A stretch of DNA of 53,883 nucleotides, the filler included, from Sphacelaria rigidula (taxonomy: Eukaryota): assembly GCA_964200075.2 (NCBI GenBank). It is 4 parts of 4 records of this genome, joined end to end, with 100 filler letters (N's around TTAATTAATTAA, not from the genome) between each part and the next. Parts side by side here need not be neighbours in the genome. Positions count along the whole stretch, not along the records: positions 1 to 13,397 come from CAXNAA020002908.1; 3 more parts are not named here. One strand, written 5' to 3'. The notes under the pieces were generated by a model. It ran no database searches. It was not told where the DNA came from and saw nothing but the letters and a program-made list of their open reading frames with translations. Each line of letters starts with the position of its first letter. The stretch's first letter is position 1. This document shows, in pieces, positions 1 to 12,937 of the stretch. Position numbers and translations under genes: made by a program.

Positions 1-159
1 GGGGAATTCAGGTGATCCGATCGGATCGCCGAAATTCCCTGAAATTGGGTTTTCCCGTAGGACCACAACATTTATCTACTGTCTGGAGTGTTGTTCAAAG
101 AGATGCTCTACAGACGTCATATTTGTACAAAAATACGAATTATTGGTTAGGCCGCTTCT

Positions 160-626
160 TATAGACTGAAAAAAAACCTGTCTGAGAACTGCCCTTTTGA
201 ACCTTTCACCTCAGATTATTGGTGGAATACGGGCCTTGGTGGATTTGGCCCCCTCGGAGAGATTCGCTCTATTTTTCACGAGGATTCCAGCGCGCTTGTG
301 CGATCTTTCGTACTCCCAGTTTTACTCCTCCTGGGCGCATTCTGGATTTTTTCAGTCGCCGCGAAAATCGTCCAGTTGTCGGGAAAAGTACGGATTTTTC
401 ACGACGACTCGAATTTTTTTCAGGAGACTGAAAAAAACGAAATTCCGGCCAAGAGAAAAACTGGGAGTTGTGCGAAAGATCGGACAAGCGTGCTGGAATC
501 CTCGTGAAAAATAGAGCAAATCTTTCCGAGGAGGCCAAATCCGCCAAGGCCCGTATTCCGCCAATAATCCGTCATGAAAGGTTAAAAAAAAGAGCAGTTC
601 TCAGAGAGATTTTTTTTCAGTCTATA
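160..626. mobile_element. Foldback MITE-like element (near-complete ~470-bp imperfect palindrome)
   Basis: TATAGACTGAAAAAAAA at 160 mirrors TTTTTTTTCAGTCTATA ending at 626. The arms pair almost to the centre (~390), and TA is present at both ends. The mirror-image ORFs on both strands are a by-product of the symmetry. Confidence 0.85.
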
Positions 627-1453
627 CGAAGAGATTTCTGGGCTAGGAAGTTCGATTGAAAGGATTCCAGACGGCTCCGTATACCCAGGTCTGTCTTTCT
701 CCAATGCTGGGCCATGTACAACACTGGCTTGATCTTCTCCGACCGGTAGCCAAAGGAAAGCAATGTGCATCCTTGCAGCGTTACAAGAGCGTGCAGTATT
801 TCCGGGTGATTCCACAATAGGGTGGGGGGGGGGTCTGATTCCACGAGAAATTGTTCATGGGTGTGCCAGAGGACCTAACTAGCACACTCGCGGTGCGCTT
901 TTGCATGTGTCAAGCAATATCCTATCTTACAATGATAATAATGATAATGCTTGTGCATTTTTAAGTGGTGACAACTGCGTTCGAACAAATGCGTTGTTGC
1001 TGCTTTCGTGGAAGAGATGGCCACAAATACCCCCTCTCCCCTATCTTAGGATGACTCTTTCAACACGGTGACTATATCCATGAAATTTGCTAAGAAAATT
1101 GTCCATCCCTTCCCCATAATGTGGGCTTAATGTTACAGGCGGCATAGAAATGATGTGGAGTGCCTGGACTGAGCAGATATATGCCACCCCTTACCTGTGT
1201 CATTTACTAGTTCGTGCTCTGAAGATCGACAATTATTGAAAAACGAACCACAAAGCTATGCTTTCCCTACACCCCCATCACCTGTTCTCTTCTTCTCGCG
1301 GTGGTTGGCATATGTACTGTACCCCCGATGATATTCAAATGCCACACGCAGTTCTCCTCCATGATAATATTCCTCAATGTATGAGCCGTATAGAGCAACT
1401 CTTGTTTTGAGTATAGGTCATACTACATTTTTCACCAATCCGTGTACTGCCAG

Positions 1454-2267
1454 ACTCGCATAACCCAGGAGAGCGGAGCGGGCACCATGCTACCTACACC
1501 GCGAGAAACTGCGAGGGCGCCTCCCCCACCTCCTCGAGCACTATCTTCCTCCATCAATGTTGATACCGGTGCTCCTCCACCGCCGCCACCACCGCCACAA
1601 CTTATTGGTGGGGCTCAACCAATTGCTTCGACTCCTCCGCTGACCGTGTCCGAGCCAAAAACGACAACAGGTACCATGGAAGAGGGTGGCCCTGTCCCCG
1701 TCTCTCCTTCTGCAACAGCAGCAGCAACAGCGGCAACGACGGCACCTGCGACAACGGCAACCAAAACAGAAAAAACAATAGCTGCTGTCTCACGGGCATC
1801 CCCTATGGCGCCGCCACCGCCACCGCCACCGCCGCCGTTGCGTTCATCCGCTTCTTTTCCGCCAGCGGCCATCGGTACTGGTGCCAAGGATTCCGCCAAC
1901 ATAGTACGAGATGATAATGCAGCAGCAGCAGCTACAGCAGCAGCTGAAGCACCACCCGGGCAGATCATTCCACCCCCTCCTCCTAGACCTGTTGCGTTCA
2001 CAGCGGATGCAGCCCCGCCCGGGCCTCCGCCCAGACCGCCGCTGGCAATGGCAGAAGCAGAGGTTGTCGATGATGCTCCGCCGCCGCCACCGCGCCCGAT
2101 GGCACGGAAAGATGGAGATGTTGGAGGGGCGCCGCCGCCGCCGCCGCCGCCGCCTAGAAGGAGCGACGGAGAGGGTAGGATCGGAGGAGATTCCGAGAGA
2201 AGTGGCGGAGATCCTGGGGGGGCTGGGGAGCGGAGATCACCTGCGGGAAGCGGGTTGCAGGATTTAG
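1454..2267 (+). CDS. Gene 1 exon: Pro/Ala-rich low-complexity region (5' exons not identified)
   Basis: Open frame; acceptor cag|ACT at 1454; phase-1 donor TTAG|gtgtgt at 2267 is compatible with the next exon. Confidence 0.7.
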
Positions 2268-2814
2268 GTGTGTTTGATCGGGGGGCAGTCAAAGTCTGGG
2301 AGGTTTGTCATGTGTTGCTTCGTTGAAGGTATCGCCAGATGCAGAGAGGGGCCGGCCGGGGGAGGTAAACCCTTCATCCACTGTCATACAACGTTTTCGC
2401 CTACTGCTCTGTGTCCTGGTGGCGGGTTTTCCTTGCGATGCATGTTGCTGCGCTAGTCTACAGTTGGAGCATCTCAAGAGTTTGCTTTATTTTGTTCTTT
2501 GTTTGCACCACAGCCGGGCTCTCGGCGGTGACTGTTCTTTGCAGGGTTTCCCTGGATGATGACGATATCAACAAGATAAATCAATATTACCAACAAGATT
2601 GAACGCGTATATCTAGCATGTGGAGATGGTCGATTACCGAGGCCTTAACGTACTTTCCCTTGCGAAACTTTATTTCATATTTTTGCAATAAATCAAACAC
2701 AGAAGTAGTTCCACTGATTGTCTTGCCCCCGTTCAGCACCGTGTTGGTAGCCGTCCCTTCTTACCTACCCACCCATCCACCGTGCTTCCATTCCCCACCC
2801 CCGCATTTACCAAG

Positions 2815-3797
2815 GCGATCCCGAAGGGCAAGATTCTCTCAGGGATCACCCACCTCAACACCAGATCCCCCCTCCGGGCCTCGCACTCCGCAGCAACTCT
2901 CTTGCGCTACCTAACGACAAAAGTACGATGCCGCTTCCGCCGGGACGCGGGCCGCCGATCCCGCCAGGGCGTGGGCCTCCAATGCCGCCAGGAAGACCAC
3001 CAGACCAACCAAGCAGAGAAAGCGGGTCAATGAGGGGAGGTCCACCAGGAGAAAAAGACTGTATGAGAGGTGGCCGAGGATCCCCGGGACGCGTTCCCCC
3101 CTTCGGACCATCTGGCCCACCGGGCCCTCCGGGCCCTCCCGGCCCACCTCCAAGAATGCCCCCAGGTGGCCCAGGAAATTTCTCGACAGGCAGAGGCATG
3201 CCTGTACCCCCGAGGGGAATGATGCCAGCACCCCCCATGATGCAGAGGGGTAGGGGGGATGGGCGGGGTGGATTGGGGGAAGGACCCCCATTTATGGGTG
3301 GCCGTGGCGGCGGCGGAGGGCGCGGTGGAAACGGAGGACTGGGGGAAAGGCCGCCCTCGGCACCGCCGGAACCAGGACAGAGACCATGGTTTCCCTCTAG
3401 CTTTGGTGAACCGGCAGGGCCACCCGGGGCGCGACCGCCGCCCGCGAAGCCGCCCGTGCTGCCCCCCAACCCTCCCCTCCCCTCATCGTCTGCTACGGTG
3501 AACGGAACAAGTGGTGGCGGACCTAGAGGACCGTCCGGAGCTCCGTTGCCCCGCCCCCCACCCCCGCCCCCTCCGCCGCCACCGCCAGCGCCACCGGTAG
3601 GAGGGGCGGCGACGGCGGCCGCAGCGGCTGGGGCGGCGGGGATGCCTCCCCTGCCTCCTGTACCGCCGCCTGGGTTGCCGCCGCTGCCCCCGGGGGCGCC
3701 GCCTTTGCCTCCCGGAGCACCGCCACTCCCCCCCGGTCCGCCGCCAACGGCTCCAGTGTTCGCGGATGACGGGAACTTTTTGGCGAAGATGCTCAAG
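2815..3797 (+). CDS. Gene 1 exon: Pro/Gly/RG-rich region ending PVFADDGNFLAKMLK
   Basis: Phase-1 acceptor caag|GC; the frame is open from 2815 through the 2928 ORF; donor AAG|gtaagg. Confidence 0.8.
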
Positions 3798-4231
3798 GTA
3801 AGGGATAGGGAGGATGTGGGCATACCGGGTGGGGAGGCAGGGGGGAGAGGGGGAGTCGCGAGGAGCCGGACCAGTTTTTATCGCCATCCAGTGTGTTTCG
3901 AGATTCACTACAGTAGTTGATTCAATATTTGCAGCTCTTCAATCTATATGTCTTTATTTGGGACGGACGGAAGGGTTTCCTGCTTATTTCCGGGGGGGGG
4001 GCTTGGAAGGGAAGGGTCACTCTCGCAATGCTGGATGCTGCGCGCGAGCCGGAGCAAAACTGCCATACCCGTGTGGACAGAAGAAAACGTGTCCTTTCTT
4101 CCCGATGCTTTTTTGTGAGTAGGAATTGCCGTCTCAAAAATCTGATGACTTTTGCCGTTTGTTTTCTTATGTGTGGGGGGTGGGAACGGGCGGGCGGGCG
4201 GGGGCGGTCTATTCTCGTGTGTTGGACACAG

Positions 4232-4360
4232 GAGCAAGAGGAGGAAGAGAAGCGAAAGAAACTTCGCGAGGCTGAGGAAGAGAGGCTGAGGAAGATCAAA
4301 CAGGCTGAGGAAGACAAGAAGAAGGCAGAGGAGGAGGCGAAGCTGGAGAAGGAGCGACAG
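4232..4360 (+). CDS. Gene 1 exon: Glu/Lys-rich coiled coil (EQEEEEKRKK...KERQ)
   Basis: cag|GAG acceptor, CAG|gtaaat donor, 129 nt, phase 0/0. Confidence 0.8.
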
Positions 4361-5249
4361 GTAAATATCACGGGTGAAAGCGAGGTAGGCGCTGCTCAGT
4401 ACCGTAGGTTACGGCGTATATCACCGGTGTTTGGCATATCACCCTCTCTGGATAACACCTCCCAATAATGAGTTTTTCGCGATCTCTGGCTCCATGGCGG
4501 TACCTACAGAGCAGCACTGGGGTGTATGGTATATGACCGCCCCCCTCCCCTCCGTTTCAGGAAAGAGTTCAGCACCCAAGTTTTGAAGGAGTCCAAGTCT
4601 CCCAGGCGCGGGTGGCTGGTGAAGTGTCGTGTTTCCAAAATTTGATGAAAATCGGACTCATGTGCTGTACTGTCAAATTGCAATGTACCGGGGAAATGCC
4701 GTCATTTTATCTGCTGTCTGTGTACTGTAGGTGATGCGCTTGCACCGAAAGGTCCGCAGACATGAAGCCGAATGTTAATGTTACATTTGTTATTATCAGT
4801 TCTATATGACCCGACCCGCTTACTGATAACCCCGGGCTAGTCAACCCGGACCGTTTACCGGGCCTGTCACCCTGGGGCTGTCATCCTACAATCCCCAGTC
4901 TGGGATCTTCATTCTCCCGTCTTGGAGGCTCCCCGTAGGAGCCCCCTACCCAGGCACTCTGTGTTCCAACCCAAACCCTGCCTTGGAAAGTCCGTCCCGT
5001 TCAAGTTCACGTCTCGGCTCCGCACACTCCGTACCCTTTTACCGAGTGAGAAGCTACAACCTGCGTACACCCACTGTCCGGTTCAGTTAAGTCACACCCG
5101 CTGTCCGCGCCTGTGTCTTATACATTCATGCACCAAGTTGAGCAGCATAATGGGGTGACAAACTTCACCGAAACGTTACTCCTGTGCAGTGTGGGAGCTT
5201 TTTGCTGGCAGCTTTCAATCCGTCTTGTCGGCGACGCCCTCCCCCCCCA

Positions 5250-5308
5250 CGTCTCGAATGGGATGCGTGGTCAATGGTCAAATGACGAAGGCAAGCAACA
5301 AATGAGTA
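5250..5308 (+). mobile_element. Short 3'-end copy of non-LTR family A
   Basis: CGTCTCGAATGGGATGCGTGGTCAATGGTCAAATGACGAAGGCAAGCAACAAATGAGTA matches the copies at ~15583, ~40002, ~40224 and ~41553 (reverse complement). Confidence 0.8.
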
Positions 5309-7950
5309 TCCACACACACACACACCCTACACCAACACCCCACCCCGTACCAACTACCGACCCCTCGGTGATCAGTTTTCGGGTCCTGATAAATCATCAA
5401 CCGGGAATCACATGTACACTCACCTGAAATAGTGGTCATCACTGGTAACAGAGTACGGCAGTGTGAACAGATGAAGGATCGGACAAATCAATGAGTCTTC
5501 TGGAAATTGCTTGGCTTTAGTGTAACGGATTCGAATCGTACGAATTGATCCCTAGGTCTTATTTTCAGCGTTGCAACCCAGGTACACGCAGCCCAGACAC
5601 GTGGAATGGCGCAAAAGTTGCGTGGATTACCCTTGGACCAGCGGTCAACTTTTTCTCCCTTTNNNNNNNNNNCCCTTTTGGGCAATCAGGCCAAAGATAT
5701 CGTGAATTTGGTGATTCGTAGTCGTGATGATTCGTCCTAACCGTGAAACAGATGAACTCTCCCCATGGAAGTCACAGAGAAAGGGACTTTCCATTCCCGC
5801 AAATCACCAGGACAAGAATAGCTGAGGGTCAACCCGTTGATCGTGAAGCCGTCGATTCGACTTCCACGTATCCCAATGCATCCCTTTGCATTAGCCCTTT
5901 CGGGACCGGATCCCCACTAACACAGGGTTGACCCTGTGTCAGTGGAAGAATAAAAAATGAGTCTTCGAGCGACCTGCCCAATCATGGTGAGGCGAAATTT
6001 GTAGACCAGACCCGAAGGACCAGCGCAGGGATTGTTGTCGAGTGTGATGCCACTGCAAAGATCGTGTGGGGGCCCTATCCCAGATAAGCTTCTCCAGGTT
6101 TTCAAGTGCAGGATGGTCGCAGCTTGGTTTTATGGTATTACTTGCACTCAGTATACCATTCCCAAGTTTTTCCGGAGTGTTTTTTGTGTCCGAATTCTGT
6201 ACTAAAACGTAGTAATTTACACTAACACAGGGTGGGCCGGGAAAAAACGGGAAGGAGTGCACATGCCACAATGTGGTCATTTTCACGAGGCACAAAATCG
6301 AGGTGGGCTGTGGGAAGACAAAAGGAGCTACCGTCATGAATTCTGCGTATCCCTCTGCCGATGACCTGTAGTGTGCAGTCCACATGTATGTTGTGGACGG
6401 GGATGACAAAGCTGTATATAGGCAGCTGATTTCGGTAGCTGAGAATTGCCCAGAACGTGCAAGGAAGTTTGCAGCGGCAGCTGCTGCTTCAGTTGGAGAG
6501 GCGTACTAGACTGTACTGTACTAGACTGTTGAATGCATGCGCGCCGCAACGCTAATACCCTTCGAAGAGAATTTGCCGCATGCAACAAGGTGGGAAATGG
6601 CGGCCCACCCCTCGCCACAAAGGGCTGTGTGGCAAGGTGATGGGGACAAAAGTATCATCCGAAGCCACAAGTGGCGGGCGGCCCGCCGGTCGTCGCGTCC
6701 CGTTGGAAGCTCTTGACCACGACCCATACTGCTTGCTGCATTAGATGTACACCACCTAATGCGCACCCTGCACCTGAGACTAGATTGGAACTTTCGGTCT
6801 TGTCATAACCCTGCGGTTACATGAACGGATTATCAGCAACACGCCATTGTTTCGTGCAGACGCCAGACACGTCATTCCTGACCAGCCTCATTGGCCGTTC
6901 TGGAGGCCCGGTCCCAAAAGGGTTAAAGGTTCTGCAAGGAGTGCGTCTGCAGTAAAGATATCGGTCAAAAAGGTTAACGCCAAACATGACACCCCCCCGT
7001 CGAGACAGTACTTTTGCTACGCCATAATGAACTGTCCTGTTCTGAATCCATAAGATGTGTGGGATGGATGAAAAAAGGGATTTGCCTATTGAGCGCCAGG
7101 CAGATAGATGGACACCTACAGTCTCGCGCGAAATAGAAATGAAACAAAGGTCTCGGAACAGAATTGGAGCTCTTTTCATCCCCTCGCGCACTGCTGCAAC
7201 GCCCAACCCCAGATCTAGACGCATGGGCTTGTTGATTGTGGTCTACATGACATGTTACCGAAGAAGTTTCAGCGCATAGCAGCGACGACAGCGCGCGCAC
7301 GACCGTGCTTCCTGCCCTGAGCATCTCTACAGTCGATATCGAAATGACTTTTCTACAGATTGTCATGATCTAGAGGGTGTGCCAGTACTCATCTACCTTC
7401 GTTTGCCAGCCCTGTACCCTCCCAGGAGATCATGATATGGAAGTGAGTGCACAACCATGTCGACGTATGTATTCACTCACGGTACACGGAATCTGGGCTG
7501 CGAGGTCGCCATTTTGAGGGCCTATCGGCGGTATATCGGTATTCGCTTAATTTAATTTGCTCGTTGGCCGAAAGAAGCTGAAACTTGGTGCACGTACTGC
7601 CTGTTTTGTGTCCAACTAGTGCACCAAGTTTCATGGTTGTGCGTCCGACCACGGTCGAGAAATGCATAAGCAAAGTTTTCGTACAATGATTTTTGTATGC
7701 CGGCCAAGTGCGGGCAGCCACAAATACAGGGCGGGCATTCCGTTTCTTTCATTTTATTCTCACTACCGTTGTCATTTTTCTTTCGCCGAATGTGATCACG
7801 GCATCAACAGACGAGACGCACGTAGGTGGCCATATTGTGGTTGAAAAGTCGTGTGTATTATCCCTTCCTCGAGCTTCCTTTAGCAAGTGTTTCCATTTTC
7901 GTTTTACGTTGGGTATGTCAATCTTGTGGGTAAGTCAATCTTTTGAATAA

Positions 7951-8080
7951 TAGAGAGTTTCGGAAAACAAAAACAGGCCGGAAAAACCTCAGTGATGATC
8001 GTCGTTTGATTGGATTTTAGTAAGAAGACGCAAATTATCCCTGAGTTTTTGGCTCAAAAAATGTTTTCCGAAACTCTCTA
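7951..8080. mobile_element. Small MITE (~130 bp)
   Basis: Perfect 19-bp inverted ends TAGAGAGTTTCGGAAAACA / TGTTTTCCGAAACTCTCTA, with further internal symmetry. Confidence 0.75.
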
Positions 8081-9511
8081 ATGACTACAGCTGGATTATT
8101 ATTTACAGAGGATCAGCTAAGCACGACAACCAATCTATTCCCATCAGCCAAACTATTCGAGCATTTTCCACGCCCCCCCCTCCCTGTCTCTCGCACCGTG
8201 ACGAGCTTGTGAACGCCATCATTCTCTTGAAGGAACACTCGCCGCACCCCGGGAGAGCGCCCACCAATGGATCGTAAGATGCAATCCTTTCAACAAAGAA
8301 GTCGTTCAGCGACACTGTCGCACTACAGGCTAGTATGTTCACGCTCATCAACCTAAAAACACTCACCAGCAAAACTTCAAGCCGTTTGAAGGAGTGAGAC
8401 CCTGAAATTTGCACAATTTCGCTACGGTTTAATACGTCACTGTCGAAGGTCGAGATATTTTTAATTCTTGAATATTTTTACCGTTTTTCGGGGGTCTCAG
8501 GGTCTGGGTGGAAACTCGGGTACCATACGACCCCTTGAGAAACCGTCATGAAGTCGGAAAGCAAAAAAAAAACTCGTCCACCGTAAGTTGCGCAAAATAG
8601 CCCGTAGCAAATTCGTGCAAGGTTTCAGGATATAACTTCTAAAAACGGTGTGAAGTTTTGCGCGTTTATGCGAGGACGTGAGCTTGAAACATGTAAACTC
8701 CCAACTATTTGGTTTTAATATGAAAATGTCTTTTTTGGGTGTATTTCACGTCAAGGCGAGAAAGCTGTTGAAGGCTATACAATTTGTTGACCGAACTTTG
8801 TACACATGTTCTTTGGACTACCCCGGGACGCATCCTTTTTTCTTCTCTTCAGGCATTCTATACCGCCTTCCCGGGGTCTTCACACTGGGATCCCCGGTAG
8901 CTGGGAGAGAATAGAGAAGCTTTGAAAAATTGTCGAGAGTACAATATTTTAATTTGAAGGATCAATATCTACGGAACTGCCAAGTTTGAGCGCGATCTGA
9001 GCTTTTTTCGACATATTTACGGGAATTCGTCACGAGGCTCCCTGGGTCTTTCGTGCGTATCATCAGTGGAAATCAGACGACGCCAAAACCCCACATCACC
9101 GAAACATCACGGTTTGGGGTATAATTCGACCCCGTAGAAACCGTTTTCAAATACGTTTTACCCGTTCGAGCTGATGGCGGTTATAATACTACGATTCGAA
9201 GGATGTGGAGATTGGGTGAATATTGGGCTGCGAATTTATATTTTGATCTCAGAACAATTTGAAGGGCGCTGATTGGTCGAGGTAACTTTTTGCCCTCAGC
9301 GCCACCACTGTGGCCTTCAACACAATTCCGGCTTTTTCACGATCTTCGGCTGTCCATGGTGGTCAGTATGATATCATGTATGCAACTGTGGGGTAGGTAT
9401 TGCGGAAAGGCATTTGCTGATGATACAATTTTTGGTGATGAGCGTGAACCGGCCTGTACATGCTTTGTGATGAAGTCGAGAGCTGCAAGATTTTTTCTTG
9501 CATGGTGTCGT

Positions 9512-9613
9512 ATGTTGTCGTACTTGTCACCCCCCCCTCCTTCCCCGGGGGGGCGGGGTGAGTCTGTAGTCTTTGAAGGGATCAAGCCCATGGATCCCCG
9601 GGTACATGCCTTG
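9512..9613 (-). repeat. Dispersed repeat family B copy (diverged)
   Basis: Reverse complement reads CAAGGCATGTACCCGGGGATCCATGGGCTTGATCCC...GACTACAGACTC...GGAAGGAGGGG, similar to 14009-14100. Confidence 0.6.
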
Positions 9614-10781
9614 ATCGATTGACCGGTTGATTGTCGCACAGCAACTCATCCTCGAGGGGTCCAGTCGTTACACTAGATCATGACCCCCATCATGCGGTGT
9701 TCCATTGCCTTGAAGTATTACGAGCGTGGGTACGAAGACTGTTGTATCGCCGGAGGTCTTATTCCTTCGTCCCCTCCGATACCTACCACGGGCCGTGGAT
9801 AGCGTCGCTTGTGCTCAATTTCGTGTCACCCCTGCTGTTGTCGGCGGACCATACGTGTGATGTGATATTTTTTTTTTGTGTGCGGGCTGACCATAGGTTT
9901 TTGTTCGCTCTAGCTCGCCCGAAGCATACATCGACCCTCTTGATACGAGGCCGTTGTTGGGTGCGGTGGGGACTGGGGGCTATGGGGTATGAAGAACTCA
10001 CTACTATTATCGTTATTGTTGGTATCGTTGTTATTGTGGAGATCGCCGTTTTGGCATGTGCAGAGAGATTTCCTTTCATGACGTGTAACTTCGTGAACGG
10101 CTGTAACAGGGATATTTTCAGCGAACTGCTGACTATCCCTGGGGATCACTTTTGGCTAACTCGCTCGCGCTCGTCGAGCTCTTCCGAGTGATTTGCCTGC
10201 CTAAACCCACGACTTACGGACAATCCTTGACTACATAACACGAGGAAAATCATCGGCCACCCTCGACGGTTACTACCGTCACCGGGAGTCTCACCATCTC
10301 TACATTATCGTGTTTATCATTGTTATAATCGTGCTCATTATGATCATTATTCTCATCAGTTTGTATAATATCGTTATTGCTCATTGTGGAAGGCACCTCT
10401 TTGCAGTGACATATCAAATGCTGATGCCACACATGTATCAAGAACCAGAGCATGCAGGTGAAAAGTAGGAACGGTCCGAAAGGACCAGACTACCGAGGAC
10501 CCTGTAATGCCAACGATACTGGACAACTTGGGGTGATACCAGGAAGAGCCTGAAATTAGGACGGACCAACATCCCCCGAAGAACTGATCGCCCTCTACTT
10601 CTTGCCTACATATTACAGGGGGAAATCATCGCCAGCCTCGGAGTTCCCTCAGCATCAGGACGACAGCCTTCCCCGTAGTCTGTCTACCCTGGCGACATGC
10701 CTTCCTCACAATATTGTTCTTTTTTTTTTTTTTAGTCGGGTACAACATTTAAAGCCCATCCCATCTCATCGCGTGGAACAG

Positions 10782-10952
10782 GCTCATGCAAAGCGAGTAG
10801 CCGCGGAGAACAAACGGTCACGACGCTTTGCTCTAGGCGGTGGGTTTGGATCAGGGCGGTCGAAGGCGGCCAAGCTGAAAATGGGCAACTCGCGGGGGAT
10901 AGTGGTGAAGGCCTTCGCTGCCGATAGCGACGAGGAGGACGCCAGCGACGAG
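10782..10952 (+). CDS. Gene 1 exon: AHAKRVAAENK...KAFAADSDEEDASDE
   Basis: cag|GCT acceptor, GAG|gtcagt donor, 171 nt, phase 0/0; follows a 6.4-kb repeat-filled intron. Confidence 0.7.
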
Positions 10953-12199
10953 GTCAGTTTGTATATTTTGTTTGTTGTGTTGGGAAATGGCGACGTTCAG
11001 GCAAGTATACGTGAGCATGTAACGTCATCGGCAAATACGACGCCAATAGAACAGCGACGCAGTCCTTTGCCATCAGGCGGGTCTGCAGTTCAAAGTGATA
11101 TGCTTACATCGGGTTCATTCGGGAAACTGGGAAACCTGTGGTGTGAGCAACTTTAGTCGCTTTTAAGGTGGCCCAGCTCGTTTTATATTTGAGTTTCCCC
11201 CACTTTTTTCGTTTTCTTCGGCAAAGGATTTCCGTTTTGTTTGCCTCGAGTGTATCTATCTTGAGCCCACATCTGGGTCACTTTTTCTTTATATCTTTGG
11301 GATCACTCGATGTGTGACCATCAATCAGAAATCAATCCATACGGAAGCGTTTTTCGTGGAGGCATTTACAAAATTGGGCTACAAAGGACATGCGTAAAGG
11401 TACGCACTCTTTTGTTGTCGACAAAAAAATCGCCATCAGTGCAGTTCATCCCTACAGCAAAACACTACTGCTATTGCTAAAAATCACCTTAGCAAAACAC
11501 GCCTCAAGAACAAAATAGAAACCCCCGGGTACAGGTAAATCTCGCATAGGTATACGCGAGCGTGCTTCGCAGAGGACCGATCGGGTAACCAACCAATTGA
11601 CCACCCCTATGGATCAAGACCACATGAACAGAACAAAACACGTGAACGATAAATGAATGAAGAAACTTCCAATTCTGTAAAGCACAAAAAGAGAATCTGG
11701 GAGGGGGGGGGGCACGGTTAGATTCAGGTACACCTGACGTTTCGGCTAATCACAAGACTCAGCCGTAAACCCTGAATATCCTACCCGAGTTGTACCTGAA
11801 GTTGTCCCGACATTGTACTGCATAGAGTACGGGGTTCGCCTCATAGCGTTGGGTGATGGCGTGTCGGAGTGCTTCTTTTTTTATTTCGATGCGGTGGGTT
11901 CACGTCAGCAATCACCCCGCACTTGGTATTAGTGGGGTGCAGCAGCGTCACGCAAAACGTCGCACGCACGCCCCAATTCGACGACTCTTGAGCTGAAATT
12001 TCACAAAGACCTTCTGCACCCAAGGAAATAGTACGTCCCATGAGCAGCTGCGGGTCCTTAGTTTTTCCCTGGACTCACAATATTATCTTGTTTTTGCTCA
12101 AATGTCAAATCCCCATAACTCCCTGTCCCTATTTTTTTTATTTGCTGCTCACGTGATGTTCTGCATATCGATCATAATAAGCTGCTCTCGAAATTTCAG

Positions 12200-12235
12200 C
12201 GTCCAACTCCTAATATCGCGCCGTGCGTCGCCTGA
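12200..12235 (+). CDS. Possible terminal exon of gene 1 (RPTPNIAPCVA*)
   Basis: tttcag acceptor in phase 0 followed by a stop; no independent support. Confidence 0.25.
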   Translation, partial: RPTPNIAPCVA

Positions 12236-12857
12236 GCGAGAAAGTCACCCATTGTTGGCTGGCGCAGCTCGTACACACAAACGGAATAAACTGCGGAGGA
12301 CGAGAGACAAGAAAAAATAACCCGAATAAAACCAGGCAAGAAGAGGAAAAGAAACGTGAAGGAGAATCAACAGCAAATTCAAGGAAAAATTCGCCCCGAT
12401 AGAAACCAAATGAATACATGACAAACTAAGGCTAGGGATGGCCGCCCCCTGTAGTTTGGCTTCAAGTGAGAAAAGGCCCTGCACAAGAAGTACTTGCACC
12501 AATGCGTTAAACAGAACAACGATTTTTGGGAGAAATTTGCGGCTCAGCTATCTTGGATCATACTGTTCTGGGTGTGAGCCTATACCGGAGTGTTGTGTGG
12601 TCATGATTCACAGATGTGGTTAGTTGACGCCTACATACGAGATGCGTACCCGCAGTGAGAGGAGTGATGACTTTGATGCGCGATTGCCCGGGAATCCGTC
12701 AACCTTTCTGACCGTGGGTATGAATCAAATGGTTGATGCGACCGTGGGAACAAAATTATACATATATGTTGTCCTCTACGAGATTGTAACTGCAAGCGGT
12801 GCTTTCGTAGGTCCGTGTACAATGATTCAGTTATTGTTTCATGATTATCATGTCTTT

Positions 12858-12937
12858 ATTTGTCGCACTTTGAACCCCTCCCCTTCCTCGGGATGCGTCC
12901 GTGGTCTCGAGGGATCAACCCAATGATCTCCGGTACA
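12858..12937 (-). repeat. Dispersed repeat family B copy
   Basis: Reverse complement reads GGGTTGATCCCTCGAGACCACGGACGCATCCCGAGGAAGGGGAGGGGTTCAAAGTGCGACAAA. Confidence 0.75.

Noticed and set aside
197-564. Paralogous-looking ORFs on both strands
   Set aside because: Produced by the palindromic element.
2545-2602. Possible small exon (VSLDDDDINKINQYYQQD*)
   Set aside because: All frames stop quickly, and direct 2267-to-2815 splicing is phase-compatible.
1615-3823. Gly-rich minus-strand ORFs
   Set aside because: Antisense of the proline-rich exons; splice signals support the + strand.
5700-7400. Coding-like intronic ORF fragments (possible viral or TE relic)
   Set aside because: No recognisable motif; cannot be assigned without a search.
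7988-8046. Box C (GTGATGA) and box D (CTGA) with a terminal stem, snoRNA-like
   Set aside because: Explained by the inverted symmetry of the MITE; short, with no recognisable guide.
12663-12712. Another C/D-box-like pair
   Set aside because: Only ~50 nt, with no terminal stem or convincing rRNA complement.
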